Below are positions 11,319-24,806 of a stretch of 43,147 nucleotides of DNA, one piece after another (positions within the stretch are counted from its first letter, which is position 1; every line of letters begins with the position of its first letter). The stretch is from Coniocarpon cinnabarinum (lineage: Eukaryota). The notes under the pieces were generated by a model that was not told where the DNA came from, ran no database searches, and saw only the letters and a program-made list of their open reading frames with translations. The stretch lies in the NCBI GenBank assembly GCA_051942205.1, contig JAVECO010000025.1, forward strand, positions 124,001 to 167,147, in the 5' to 3' direction. The position numbers were made by a program, and so were the translations under genes.

Positions 11319-13561
11319 TCACAAACCTGAATCATCCTGCCGATAGAGAGTTGTTACCCCTCCATCATACTGCTGCCAAGCTGCGCACTGGGTTTGAAAT
11401 TGGGAAGGGATGCTGATGTCGTTCTTACTCTCCAAGAACTGAACTCCTAGTCCCATGCCAATATGCCACGCAATGTGGCAGTGGAACAGCCACGCTCCCG
11501 GATTGTCTGTGGGAAACGCCAGCACCTGCCAACCCCCGGCGGGCAGTATGGTGGTGTCTCGCCGCGGCGGGTTGTCGTACGTTAAGCTGTCGGCGTCGGT
11601 CGTGGCGTTGAATGTGCCGGTACCACTGCCCAAGATGAAAAAGTCGTGCCCGTGCAGATGCATGGGGTGAGCGACGGTGATGTTTCCCCCGATGACTTCT
11701 TGGATGATCCAGTAAGTCCAAATCCCGGAGGTGGGCAGCTCGACGAGGTTTGCCGTCGTGGGGTACGATGTATTGCCAGTGCGGACGTACTCCAAAGTAG
11801 GGATATCCCACTGAATGTCAATGTTCGTCGTGTTCACTCCCCAGAAGATGAGACCTTCACTGTCGCTGGTGACGCCTTCGTAGTAAGTATCGACGTCCAA
11901 TGCCTGGGCTTGGATGCGGAAAGCAGTGGCATTCCCGGCCACGATTGATACGTGTGGTACGAGTGTCCCGGGCGCGCTGCATGAAGAGGTGGTGACGGAA
12001 GTGTTGGTAGTGGGGTTGGTCTCACTGGCGCCCTCGTACCGGATGATGGCTTGGGCACTGGTGTTGGTCGCTGACTGGCAGGCGGTTTCCGCAATGGCAC
12101 GCATCCAATAGTTACCGGAGGTTTCTGTGGCATTGATGAGTACATCGTATCGCTGACCATTACCCAGAAGAACGCTATCCGCGGTGATCTGATGCGTGGG
12201 TTAGCAGGCCGATCTTTGATAGACAGAATCCAATCAACACCCGGTGAAAAGTGACCACTCGGTGAGATAGGGGTGAAGATTGGGTGAGTAGAAATTTCAA
12301 TAGAGCTTTCTAAGATTTTAAAAGGCGTTCAACCTACAGGTGTGATCGGCACGAAATCCGCGGCAATGACGGTCATGTTGTGACCGTCAATGGACACACG
12401 CAGCTGGGCGTCGACGCCCGTGTTGATAAGACGCATGCGATGTACTTTTCCTGACTGGAAATTGACTACGTTGTATGAGCCACCATTTAAACCCTTGAAA
12501 TTTCTAGATTAGCGCAAAAGATCTTTCGTGGACAAGAAAGCGTCGTGTTTCGTACATTGGTACCATTAATGAGAATAGTGTCAGCCTCTGGTGCGGCACT
12601 CCCGGCTTGCAAACTCGTATTGTAGAGCCTGCTCACCGTGAAGGCAGGAGTATAGTACCAGTCTGTGACAGGCATTGCGCCCGAATCAATATCGTAGTTG
12701 GCGGTGGCTGGTCCATTGATCACACTTGATTCAATCAGCAGGCTTCTGCAAAACTCAAACTGGCAAATATCACTTACATTGGCCCGCTGACACCATCGCC
12801 ATACTGTGCGCTGTAGTGCGAATGATACCACGAAGTACCATACTGTGTCGCTTGCCACGTGTAGGTTTCGCTCTGACCAGGTGCAATTGGGCACTCCGTC
12901 AAGCCATTCGTGCCGTCCATACCATTATTGTTCAGCTGACGCATGCCATGCCAGTGGATGCTGGTGCCGTTATTGGTTAGGTTGTTACGAACCGTGACGG
13001 AGATCGTGTCGCCCCAGTCTGCGAAGCATTAGCCAACATACAGGATAAATGCAGAAAGGCTGGGATGCTCAATGGCTCACTGGCTTCGAGCGTTGGACCT
13101 GGATACTGGTTGTTGACGAGCAGACATATGCGATCTCCACTACCGTCCGGATTGCAGGTGGTGTTGGTGATTGTCCAGTCGTAGGTGACAGTGGTGCCAG
13201 TATTTGGCCAAGTCTCGTCATAGTTGGTATCGATGTCAAAGCCGTCGGACCAGCAGTCTCTGCGCGTTGCCGTATTCGCCGTGCAATTCGTAGCGCGGGT
13301 TGACAACTTTTGCGGAGCATAAGGCGACACGTTAGAAGAAGTCAAGTGCGTCTTAGGGATGGCATGTCTCTTCAGATGAGTGGAATGAGTTGACGTCAAG
13401 TTGGAAGTGGGATGATCAAGTGTCCAATTCGATGGGATACCGCCGGGACCAAAGACCACATGGTCATGCGGTATGTTGCCAAAGTCATAATGGTCGAAGC
13501 TGGCCTGGATGGAGTTGGAGAAGGCCGCAATGCCTAAGAAAAGGATGTTTGGGCCGCGCAT
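11319..13561 (-). CDS. Secreted ascomycete laccase (AA1 multicopper oxidase), 5 exons
   Basis: Signal peptide [20 protein letters not shown]. Copper motifs [17 protein letters not shown] and HCHIAWH..MGL; C-terminal DSGL. Introns at ~13080-13019, 12777-12725, 12555-~12494 and ~12338-12189 restore a continuous frame. Confidence 0.95.
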
Positions 13562-16500
13562 GATCACTTAGGTGGGGTGCAGACGCTCCAGTAATTTTTT
13601 CAGACCTGAATGGTGGACGAGATTTTGAGTCGCAGAGGTGCGAAAAACCAAACTCAAGAAAATATTGGCAAAGACTGCTACAGGCTGAAATCGGACCCCA
13701 CCTCTTTTCCCAAATTTTGGTTTAACGAAAGACTTGAAGATATCTGAAGACTGATTGCGACTCACAAGGGGAACTTTATACAGAGGGTGACAGCTGGTGG
13801 CCACTCAGCAGTCTTCGTAATCATTACGAAGGCTTTGGACGCGCGTATACCGATTATTGAGCCCTGCTGAGGGAATAGACAAATGGAGAAGCCTGCCTGC
13901 AGGGAAACCAGCATGACGAAGAAGTCGAGTGTATCATGGTTGCAGTGACATATGCAGCGTGGATGATTGTAATAGACCTCGGTGCTGGAATGAAGGGCGC
14001 AGACCACTCTAGGATGGTAAAACGTGACCTGTTCCGGTTAGTGTAGTAGGGATGTCTGTGACCCCAGAAGTGGCGTAACGTTTGGTGATCTCTCGCGCAT
14101 ACAAAGTGATATGGAGGAGAGATCTTGAATGTATTAAGGACGCTTAAAATATGATCATAGGAGTATTCATCACATGCGCGTGTCGATCAGTTGAATCATG
14201 TAGGTCGGACAGTGTGGGCATTTTCGGAGCTGTTACCTGTTTGTGTCAACACCAATAACGATATTCTTGGAAATATTTTCCACAACTTTCGAGCCTCAAG
14301 GACGTAGTACCATGCAAGCGAATTGATATTGCATAGCATTACTACATGCGTTTTCGACGCCCCCAGAAATTTTCATTACTCAGAGCATAGGGAAGTTTTT
14401 GTGATAAGTAGATGAATGAACCAGAACGATTGATATGGGAAAACGAGCCGCACAGAACAACTATCGAGGTAGTCCCACAGATGCGCCGGTGAGAAGGGTA
14501 AAATCGTCATCGTGATATGCTCTCCGCGAGTGAAAGCCGAAGCAAAAACATCATGTACAGGTCAGAGCCAATTCAGGAACTTACTTGTAGTTAAAGGTTA
14601 AGTCTGGGGAAAGAAAAAGGCGGTGGTTCGGAGGACGCTCTCGTATACACACATTTGTAGAAGTGCGCTTTTGAGAGTCTGTACAGACGTCTTCTGCACG
14701 ATGAGACAGGCGATGAGCACGAGAAAACCGTACACGTGTTGCTTAGCCAAATACAATTACTCTTGCTCACTTGCTCTATGCCATAGTGAAGGCAAAGAAG
14801 CTTGCGACATAGCCCGGTGAGACCATATCTGCCATGGCACGCCGATATATCGGACAGCCATCGATATTCCTTTTGCGGGTCAATTATATCGAGTATGCTC
14901 GTTTTCGTGATCCTGCGTGTGATGAAAGTCCGGCAGTTGTCGTCTTACTGACGAACATTTTGCAGATGACACGCAACACGGCGGATTGATCGACAAAGAC
15001 GTGCCGAAGAGCTAGGGGGAAACATTGGGTAAGGATAGACCTGCGAGTCAGTAAGGCTGCGACAGACTCTGTGGATGAAGTTGGCGATAAGGCAATAGAG
15101 AAGCATCGCATGGTGAGGTTTGAGGTTGTGCAAAGCCAGTTGAGGGAACCACCACTGCGGATATCCCCATCCGAGCTCTCGGGTTTGCCCGAGGATTAGT
15201 GCCGTCGGACAGATATTGGTCGGACAGGTATGCCTCAAGCAGCCAACGCCCGGCCCGGTACGTGCTCAGTACCTCGCATAGGCAGCCTTTCACCGTTCGC
15301 GTGAGGTCTTGCATACGCCTCAACTCTTGCCCTGTTACTTTAGTTTGCACATATGTCTTGGATTCGTAACATCCTCACCTCATAATTCAATATGATCGTG
15401 GTCAGATCAACTAAGGCAAGCGCAGGGTTCTCCTTGATTGCATGGTCTGGACGGCAAGTACCGCGTGCTCGTATCTCTGCACTTTCTCCATCACTCCGTG
15501 CATACACGACAGAGAAAGTCACCTCGCAGCCAGACACGCGGCTTCGCGCCTCGAAACGCGTCAGTCAAGCTGGTGCACTTCCACTGTGGTTCCTATATGG
15601 TATTGATGGTTGACGTTGCATGCTGACGTGGCTTGGCAAGGAATCCGACCCCTTGTCAGCTTCTTTGGGGCATACCGACGGCTGAGGTTTTATTGTGCTT
15701 TTTCACGGAGGCCTAATACGTACTCTAGCGAGTTGTGGCTGACTCTTGTTTTGACTTGACTTCATACACTTCACGTCCTATATATTCCGCAAGCCGAAGG
15801 GTCTTCCAAGGGCGAGGGGTTCATGCAGGAAGTGCACATTCCGCAACCACGGCCTGAGATGGTAATGATTCTTTTGATCGCTCATTGATCAGTAATTTTC
15901 AGAAGAACAACCTTACCGCGAAGCTTCGTCTCTTAGCTGTCTTAGCTGTCCTTAGGCATGGATGCATTGATAACGTATGCCAGCCGGCGAGATGAACGGG
16001 GAAGAGCTTGTGCTCCCTCAAATCAGAAGATGATAAAACTATCATGTACGAGAAGCAGCAGCAATGCTATATCGGCGGGTAAGAAAGAGAGTCCTCGGGA
16101 ATGCCAACTGAGTCTGTCCATCAGCGCCTGGGGTTCTCTTCTTGAATACAAATAGACAGCCACTCATTGATCGCTTGCCATTTTAACGATGCGCTTCGGG
16201 GTACTCATGCAGCTGATGGTGATGAGGATGGCAGCCGGGAAGCGAAGAGACAGCATCATCGCGATGGCATGATAATGGATTCGCTCGGTATAGTGACATA
16301 AGTGACCTCGTGACCTCGTGATACCCCAAATTCAGTAATCTTGCTGGACATGGATGAGCATGCCCCCGGGGCGCTAGTGAGACTAGTAGCACTAGCGTCC
16401 GCAGCCCTCCTGAATCCGACATCTTGTCTGTCTGAAGTGCTGAGATGCGTACGGAATCTACGGGGTATGCAGGTGTTCTCTGTGTAGAGTCGGCTATTCA

Positions 16501-16739
16501 CTCAGATGCGCGGGCCTCCAGCCATCCAATAGGGAACTGCATTATCTATCGTTATCTTTCTGGCTACTCTTTGACAAGCACTGCGTCTTTCCTATTCCAA
16601 ACCTCCAAGCCACCGCAGCTTCTCCAGTTCAACCCCCAGCCATTGACCAGCCAACTGACTCTTTCCAAAAGCGCACGGCACGGACGTCTTGGCTGTTCAT
16701 GTCCTGACAAATCGTGTGCTGTGAGACTTGCGCGAGGCG

Positions 16740-18547
16740 ATGCAGCCGAATGGCCGCAATCCCCTCCACAATTACACGACGTCTGGCTCGTCTGCTGGCT
16801 CCTACCGTTATGGCCACGAGCGCATGAATAGTCATTCGCGCTCCGACAGCTACTCTTCCAGAACTCAATATGAGGACTTCACCAACGTTCCTTCACCTAA
16901 AGTCATGACAGACTATGGTCGCAACAGCCTCCGATATGAGTTCGAACAAAACGCGCACCGTCAAGATCGAGCGCACACGGCTAGCATTGATCGTGTGACC
17001 TTACACCTCCTGGTGGAAACGGCTGTCAATGAAAGTATCGGATACAATGTCATGACTCTGCAAGAAGTGGAAGAGTTGAAGAAGGAGGAAGCCCAGCTTA
17101 GCAGACAAGTGCCTGCGCTGCGAAGAGAGCTGGTGCTGGAAATCAGGTATCGAGACGCAGCCCGGGGCGTAAATCATGTCAGTGCGCGGAACGATACAAT
17201 GCAAGGGTCGGCTCGAATGTCGCAGGACGAATATGCAGCCAGTGTACAAAAATGCGAGGCTCTGTCAGAGGCGCTCTACCGCAATGAGAGAAGATTATTC
17301 GACGTCCGCGAGCAGCGACTGCGCCACACCGCGGGCGTTTTTCAGCTGGATCATGACAGTCGCAGCAAGCAAGATGAACTGGACCAGGTCAATGGTTATG
17401 AAGACTCCGATGAGTGGGACAATGGCTTCAGTCTCTCGCGTTTTGCGCCAGGAGGACTTGCGGACACTGAAGACGGTATCATGGACATTCCCTCGGGCAA
17501 GAATGCTCACGTCGATGCGACTCTCCAAGATCTCTGGTCTGTTCTCAATTCGAACAATGAACTGCTTGGCTCAGGAACCAGGGGCGAAGAGATGATTGAA
17601 GAGGAGTTCTCGATCGAGTCTTTTTCTGAAAAGGTGCAGATACTTTGCAGTCGAGCAGCAGAGCTGTCTTACGATCTGGACAGTGAACGTGAAGCGCGCA
17701 AGGTCACCGAAACGGCTCAGCAGGAAAATCGTGCCGAACTCATGCAACAACTGCAGACAGCCAAAGAGAAGCATCAACAGTTTCAAGAAGAGCATCAGGG
17801 AAGGGCCTCGGATCTAGAACAAGCTAAGATGGACGCAGAAGCAAAGCACAGCGAGATCGAGGCGGATATGATTCGGTTACAGACAGACCTTACCGTGGCT
17901 AAAGCTGAACTCGAAGGCGCATATGGTAACCGAGCACAACGACAAGCAGAGCAAGCAGCTGGAGAACAGGAGATTGCACAAGCCCAAGCCCGTGTCGGGA
18001 CGCTACAAAAAGAGTTGCACGAAATGGTCACTGAACATGAAACGCTTACCCAACAGGGGATCGAGGCTGAAAAGGAGCGGGAGACCATGGAGCGCACGAT
18101 CGACCATATGCGCGAAAAGTTGGAAGCTCTGGAAGTAAAGCTCCAAGAAGAACGTGTGTATCGAATGGGCAGAAATAGCGGACCGGCATCATCCGCCTCG
18201 ACTCCCGCAAGTGCAGCAGCCCCCAAGGTAGTCAATGCAGAGGATGCAACAAGTCTGAGAGTCATGAGATCGGAATTCAAGAAGATGATGAGAGATGCAC
18301 GTGCAGAACATTTCAGGAGCCTAAAGGTGAGGACAGCATGATGCAGGTTTGCAAATCCTCGACCTTAATCTTGCTAACGTGTACTCAGGCTGAACAAGAC
18401 GAGCGTCGTCGACTGGAGGGAATCATTCGCTCGCTGCGGAAGGAAAATAGCATTCCGTCGCCCGGTCCAAATTCACCGTCTACGATGCTTTCCCCACCGC
18501 CGCTTGGACGATCCAGACTGAGCCGTAATGTCAGCCATGCGTCGTGA
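16740..18547 (+). CDS. Uds1 (up-regulated during septation) domain coiled-coil protein
   Basis: LHLLVETAVNESIGYNVMTLQEVEELKKE...EIRYRDAA...RLRHTAGVFQL matches the Uds1 domain, followed by long coiled coils. Intron 18327-18388 joins ...RSLK to AEQDERRRLE. Confidence 0.8.
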
Positions 18548-18983
18548 TGAGACCTATATGTATTGGCATCTTTGTATCATTGATGTATTGTTTGGATGCC
18601 ACTGTGGAGGAACGTGTCTAAGCGTGGTGTATTGGCTAAGAAATCTCAATAGATCGTGGAATGGGGTCAGCTTACTCTTTGATACAAGCTCAAGTATGTG
18701 TTCTATCAGTGAAGCTAAGGTGTCAATGGAGAGAGAGTGTGTGTGCTGGACGGGAGGCGTGGAGGCAAATAGTATCACGTGATTAGTCTTCGTCATCCGG
18801 AGGATTTACATACTTTGGTCGCTTGCCATCATCATATCCGACATTCTTCATCTGCGCACGCCACAGCTTCGTTTGATGATCTTTTCTGAACTTGTGTTAT
18901 TCGTTCTTTGATTTTCGGTTGTTACTGGGGATAATTGAAACTAGCATTGTGGCGCGTATCTTCCTGAGCGCCTGCGCTTCGTT

Positions 18984-21495
18984 ATGGCGCTTCAGGCGCC
19001 CATGGCTCTACAAGTATTTTCGTCTCCTAGTTTTAAAGCGCAACACGTACTGACACTCGCATTCAAAGCAGCTCACATATTCATCGTTGGATCTCCTCCC
19101 GTCCCTCACTACCATTCTAAACTTGCCACGGCAATTGCTTAGTCGAAGATCGCAGCATACCCATGAATCTAGAACCTCATTCATCGTTCATCCGCAACCG
19201 CAGTCCCCACACACTCCCCAGACGCCGTACGACACTCGTCTTGCCGACATACTCAAGCAACAAATTGGCGATGTCCCAATTAATCAGATCAGGCCCTTAC
19301 ATTCTGCCCAAGCTCTTCAAGGCCAGTATGGCTCGACAGGACTTTTTGCTTCACTTGGGCCGAGTAGACTCAGCTTATATAAACAACAATCTCCGCGTTC
19401 CCAATCATTCTCAACAGCCACACTCTTCGGATTGACCCGCTCTCGCCACCCACTAATTCCGAATATCATCAAACCATCACAAGCACGCTTTGCTACCAAC
19501 GGCCAATCTTCTCATAATCTGCTCGCACATATGGAAGCTACTGCGAACAACAATGCCGCCAGCGCCTCCGCGCAGAATGCGTTCTACTCCGCTCTACTCC
19601 GAGCGAACATGCCAGAGATCCTCGTTGAACGATATGAAACAGGACGATACGCGACGAATGCCGCGTGTGATGCTATGTACCACCGAGCACTCGAGCGAAT
19701 GGGGTCGGCTAATCAATCTGGCGCTGTCAACATCTCTAATGCGCCGAGAGGATTGCCTCAGGATCAAATTCACGCCGTCAGTCGTGCCGTGGTGGCCAAC
19801 GCTAGAGGAGGCAATGCGGCTTCGGCGCGTCAATCTCAGGCTGGAAGTGGAGAGACTGGTGAACGCAACAATCCAGTTCATGTGGTGGTGCAAGAGTCAA
19901 TGGGCATGACAGCATTCAAAGCTCTTCGGTTCCTTCTGGTTTGGGGCCTGATCGGGTACTTTGTCCTCGTCATCTTGACATTTGCCATCGAAGCCTCTGG
20001 TGTGCTGCGAAGAGTAGGAGGCCCCCAAAACTCTGAAGTCAAGCCCGAGCAACAAAAGGCACGATTCTCAGACGTCCAGGGTTGTCCTGAGGCTGTCGAA
20101 GAGATGCAGGAGATTGTCGATTTCCTTCGTTCGCCTGACAAATACAATCAACTTGGTGGCAAGTTGCCAAAAGGTGTCTTGATGGTCGGACCGCCAGGAA
20201 CAGGCAAGACGTTGCTTGCTCGTGCAGTTGCTGGTGAGGCTGGTGTGCCCTTTTTCTACATGTCTGGCTCGGAGTTCGACGAAGTCTACGTTGGTGTTGG
20301 CGCGAAACGTGTTCGGGAATTGTTCCAGAATGCGAAATCGAAAGCACCGGCGATTGTATTCATTGACGAACTGGATGCTGTGGGCGGCAAGCGCAATGAG
20401 CGTGACGCTGCATATCATATGCAAACTCTCAACCAAATGTTGACCGAGCTTGATGGGTTTGACCAAACCACCGGCGTAGTCTTCATTGCTGCTACCAACT
20501 TTCCACAGATGCTCGACAAGGCGCTTACTCGGCCCGGACGTTTTGATCGGCAAGTCCACATTGATCTTCCAGATGTCCGAGGTCGTGTCGACATTCTCAA
20601 ATACTACCTGAAGAACATGCAAATTGCGACTGACGTAGATGCTTCCGTTCTCGCGCGTGGTACGCCTGGATTTTCCGGAGCTGACATTGAGAATCTTATC
20701 AACCAGGCGGCTGTTCACGCGTCTAAGGTTGGTGGCAAGAAGATTGATATGAAAGACATGGAATGGGCTAAAGACCGAGTTTTGATGGGTGCGGAGAAGA
20801 GAAGTATGGTCATTCAAGAAAAGGACAAGCTTGCCACTGCCTATCACGAAGCTGGCCACGCGCTTGTCGGTCTACACACCGAGGGCTGTGATCCGCTCTA
20901 TAAGGTTACAATTATCCCTCGCGGTCAAGCATTGGGTATTACTTACTCATTGCCTGAAATGGACAAAGTTTCGATGAGCAAGCAGCAGCTTAGTGCCACG
21001 ATTGACAAATCCATGGGTGGCAAGATTGCAGAGGAGCTCATCTATGGACCTGATGGAGTCACCAGCGGCTGTTCGTCCGATCTGTCCAACGCTACGAGAG
21101 TTGCATACAGCATGGTGATGGCTTATGGCATGAGTGATAAGCTTGGTTCAGTCGCATTTGATGGTGATTTGTACGAGACACTGAGCACCGAGACCAAACG
21201 ACAGATTGAAGAGGAGGTTCGGAAGCTACTGAAGCAGGCAGAGGATCGGGCGCGTCGTCTCATCGAGAGTCGGAAAAACGAGCTCGAAATCATTACGCGA
21301 GGCTTGATGAAGTATGAAACTCTCAGTCGAGACGAGGTACTCAAGTTGATTCGAGGGGAAAGCCTGCCTGAAGAGAGCAAGCCGTCTGGGTCGAGCGACG
21401 CGCCTATGAAGCTACCTGAGATACCCACACCGCAGCTTCCATTACCGCCTATGCCGGGCACCGCAAGCAGCTCATCAGGAGAGCAGGCGGCATGA
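18984..21495 (+). CDS. YME1: Mitochondrial i-AAA metalloprotease (FtsH family)
   Basis: Short first exon [10 protein letters not shown] (18984-19013) and intron to 19068/19071. Single TM segment, Walker A GPPGTGKT, Walker [18 protein letters not shown], zinc motif HEAGH. Confidence 0.93.
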
Positions 21496-22469
21496 GGAAC
21501 CACGACGGACGACCAAACCCAGACACTAATTCCATAGCTAGCTAATCCTGAATGACGAAAGGTCGCTCCAAAACAGCTGTTGCGAGCGTAGGAGGGGACA
21601 AAACAGGGATGGTTTTCCCTTTTGGCTTGTTTGTCAGGTAAACATCTGACAGCCGGAGCAGACAAATATCGACTCTCATCGCTCCGAGCATGTAAGAATT
21701 CTGGATCCGCCCGTGTGTGGAGGATGAAACTGGTGCTGGATACTGTCTGAGATTCAAACTCTGGTCTCATTAAGAATTATATGAAGAAACCGAGGACTAC
21801 TTGAAACAGGTTAAGCGCAGTTACACAGTTGCACGTATGACCGAGGTATGAGAAAAATATAATTGCCCGAAGCGACAAAGTCGGATAGGCATGGCGCTAA
21901 GGTTCTCCTGAGTTCTGAGCTTGACTCTGTGACTTCGTGACTTCGCCGCCCGACCTGAAAACAAGGTCACTTACCCACTTTTTCCCCCTTGACGCCGCTC
22001 ATCTCCTACATCGTTGGCTGAGATGCATGCGACCTACGTAGATGCTGCTTGCTGCACTGGTTGGTCTGCGTGCCTGCTGATCGTCCATGACAAGGCGCTT
22101 GTCCTGCAACAGGCGCAATGTTGCTAACCTCTCGGCGCCTGCTGTTGGCAGCTTCAACGCTCATCCCACTGGCCACCAGGTGTTGCATCTGCGTGCCCAT
22201 GTGCGGGTCCGTAGTCGCCTGCGATATAGTCCGGGGTAGTTCTTCTTATGACCCCTCAATCTCAGTTCACTTCATACCTACGCGCACCGGTTGCTTTCGT
22301 GACGTTCCCTTGCCCGTATGTTGTACGAGCTATTTTGCTTTAGATTTGAACAATTTTCTTGAATCTACTGAACCACACTCCTTTGCAAGTCGGCGCTCGA
22401 AGAGTCTAATTGGCTATTTGCATTACATCTTTCAAGGTCTACTCTTTGTCTCGTATCTGCATACCAACC

Positions 22470-23844
22470 ATGTACAGAAGTCATCTATGCATTGCAGCGC
22501 TAGCGGCGCTGTCATTCACTTCGATCGCCATAGAGCTGGACGTCAATGACACAGCATCGATTCGCGCTGCTGCCCAAAATCTGACACAAGGAGTTTTGAG
22601 TTATTATGAGAACTACAACACATCGAACGGCATCCAGCCCTGGCAAGTGGGCTTGTTCCCCTTTCTTCCATACTACTGTACGTATGAGGAGCTACTGCAG
22701 CCGTCCGTCGCGAAAGGCAAGGGCTGACGAAGACTGACAGGGTGGGAAAGCGGTGCGATATGGGGAGGTTTTATCGACTATCAGGTGTTGACAGGCGATA
22801 CCACATACCAACAAGACATCCTGAACGCGATCGCAGCACAGGTGGGCCCTAGTTATGACTTTGTCGTGCCTGAGCAGGTGCTTGATGAAGTATGCGATGT
22901 TTTTGGCTATATGGAAGTTGACTGCCGAGCTAACGCCACCGTAGGCCAATGACGATCAAGCATTTTGGGTCTTGAACGCAGTCGCCGCACTTGAATACGA
23001 CTTCCCACCTCTACCTTGCCCAAGTGATGGTGCGCAGCCGTGTCAGACCAGCTGGCTGACGCTCGCGGACAACGCTTTCAATCTCTTCGCCAGGCGCTAC
23101 GTAAATGACTCTGCTACCTGCAACGGGGGCCTGAAATGGCAATACACGCCCACTCAGTCCGGGTATACGTACAAGAACTCGATCTCCAATGGTGGCTTCT
23201 TCAATGTTGCTGCGCGACTCTTTCGCTACACTGGAAATCAAACATATGGGGAATGGGCTCAGCGAGCGTGGGACTGGGAGACGGGTGTGGGCTTCATCAC
23301 TCCTGATTTCCACGTCTACGATGGCGCGGGTGACGCAGATGGACAGAACTGCACCTTGATCGATCCGAGTCAATTCAGCTACAACACCGCCGTCTGGGTG
23401 ATGGGGGCGGCCGCTATGGCAGCTGCAAATGCTAATGGGACCGGACAGGCGTGGACTCAGCGGGTCGAAGGGTTTGTGGAGGCTGCCTCGACCGAGTTCT
23501 TCAGTCCGTTCCCTAATGCAACCAATGTCATGTTCGAGCAGATCTGCGAGGAGGCGGGCACCTGCAACACGGATCAGTTGAGCTTCAAGGCATACTTGTC
23601 GCGTTTCCTTTCCAAAAGCGCGTTGCTCGTCCCCTCTGTGCAGCCGAATGTGACGACACTACTTCAGGCCAGCGCTGCAGCCGCGGCGCAGTCGTGTTCG
23701 GGCTTGGGGAACAACACTTGTGGCACAAAATGGTACGTAGATGGATGGGATGGTTCAATCGGTCTCGGCCAGCAGTTGACTGCCTTGGAGACTGTGCAGT
23801 CCCTGTTGGCGCCTGGTGGACCAAAGCTTGGAACTGCGGCATGA
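22470..23844 (+). CDS. GH76 alpha-1,6-mannanase/transglycosylase (Dfg5/Dcw1 family), secreted
   Basis: Signal peptide, PYYWWESGAIWG, catalytic ANDDQAFW, CNGGLKWQ, YKNSISNGGFF, DQLSFKAYLSR. Introns 22678-22740 and 22890-22944. Confidence 0.92.
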
Positions 23845-24806
23845 GTGATGCTTGGATTGCAAGAAACGATGAAAATGGAGATGGCTTGTAGACTAGAGCG
23901 CACGAATGCGTTCGAAAGCTCCATACAATGCAAATCTGTGGTCCACCGTCCTGGGCACTATCAGGTTGACATGTTTGACACGCAGTAGATCCCTCATCTA
24001 CCTGTGTTGATGTCGCAGTTCAAGCAATGAGTGCCACGAGCTTGCTCATCAGACCTGGAGGAACACGTGCAGGCTTGCACGTGACCTGACCTGACCTGAC
24101 ATGAACACACTGACTAGGTAAGAGAAGACTCTTTTGATTGCATCTTCTGACGAAGATCCAGTTCCTGCATCGTCCCGTCTTCTTGCTTCCCGTAGCCGCC
24201 TTTATCCACTTTGGATGCAGAAGTGTGGCCAATACCCTCGCTGTCGTGGAACCGTCGCCCACATGACGGCCACAAGGGTGAGCCAGTACGCTGCTCCACA
24301 GTGCTTTGGCGTTTGTCTTCTGCTATGTGGAGGCAATCTCATTCGGTGGGGTTTTCGTTGCGTCATTGCTTGGAACACAGTAAGACGAGCTGATGATGGT
24401 CTGCGGCGGCGCTTGAGGTTGTCCAGCCGGAGCTGCCTCCACTTGCAAACACAGTCATTTCTTGATCTGCGCCGTGTGCCCACAAGCGTGCAGTGGGTGG
24501 CAGGTATGATTTCGGCCTGTAGCAGACAATACTTGTGCGCGGACAGGGACAGCGAGTGCAAAGTGAAATGGCGGTGTGCCGTCCGACCAGACGGAAGTAG
24601 TGGATCTCTAAAGTGTTTGTACGCAACATCTTCACTGCCTACCTCACGGTCCCAGCAACGCGTGACTTCCTCTTTCGTTCACTCTCGAAACATCTTCGTC
24701 GTCTCTCGCCTTGCCTTCTTCAAGCTCCCAATGATCTCAATCACGACGTATTGGTCTCGCCTCCCCCATCCCTGCATTCGCTCTGTGCTCTCGCAGGTCT
24801 CTCAAC

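Noticed and set aside
13568..16720. Many 60-130 aa ORFs between the laccase and Uds1 genes
   Set aside because: No recognisable motifs or consistent splice model; treated as divergent promoter/intergenic DNA.
20068..20859. 263-aa antisense ORF within YME1 (similarly 10381-11109 and 17795-18280)
   Set aside because: Shadow ORFs expected opposite codon-biased genes.
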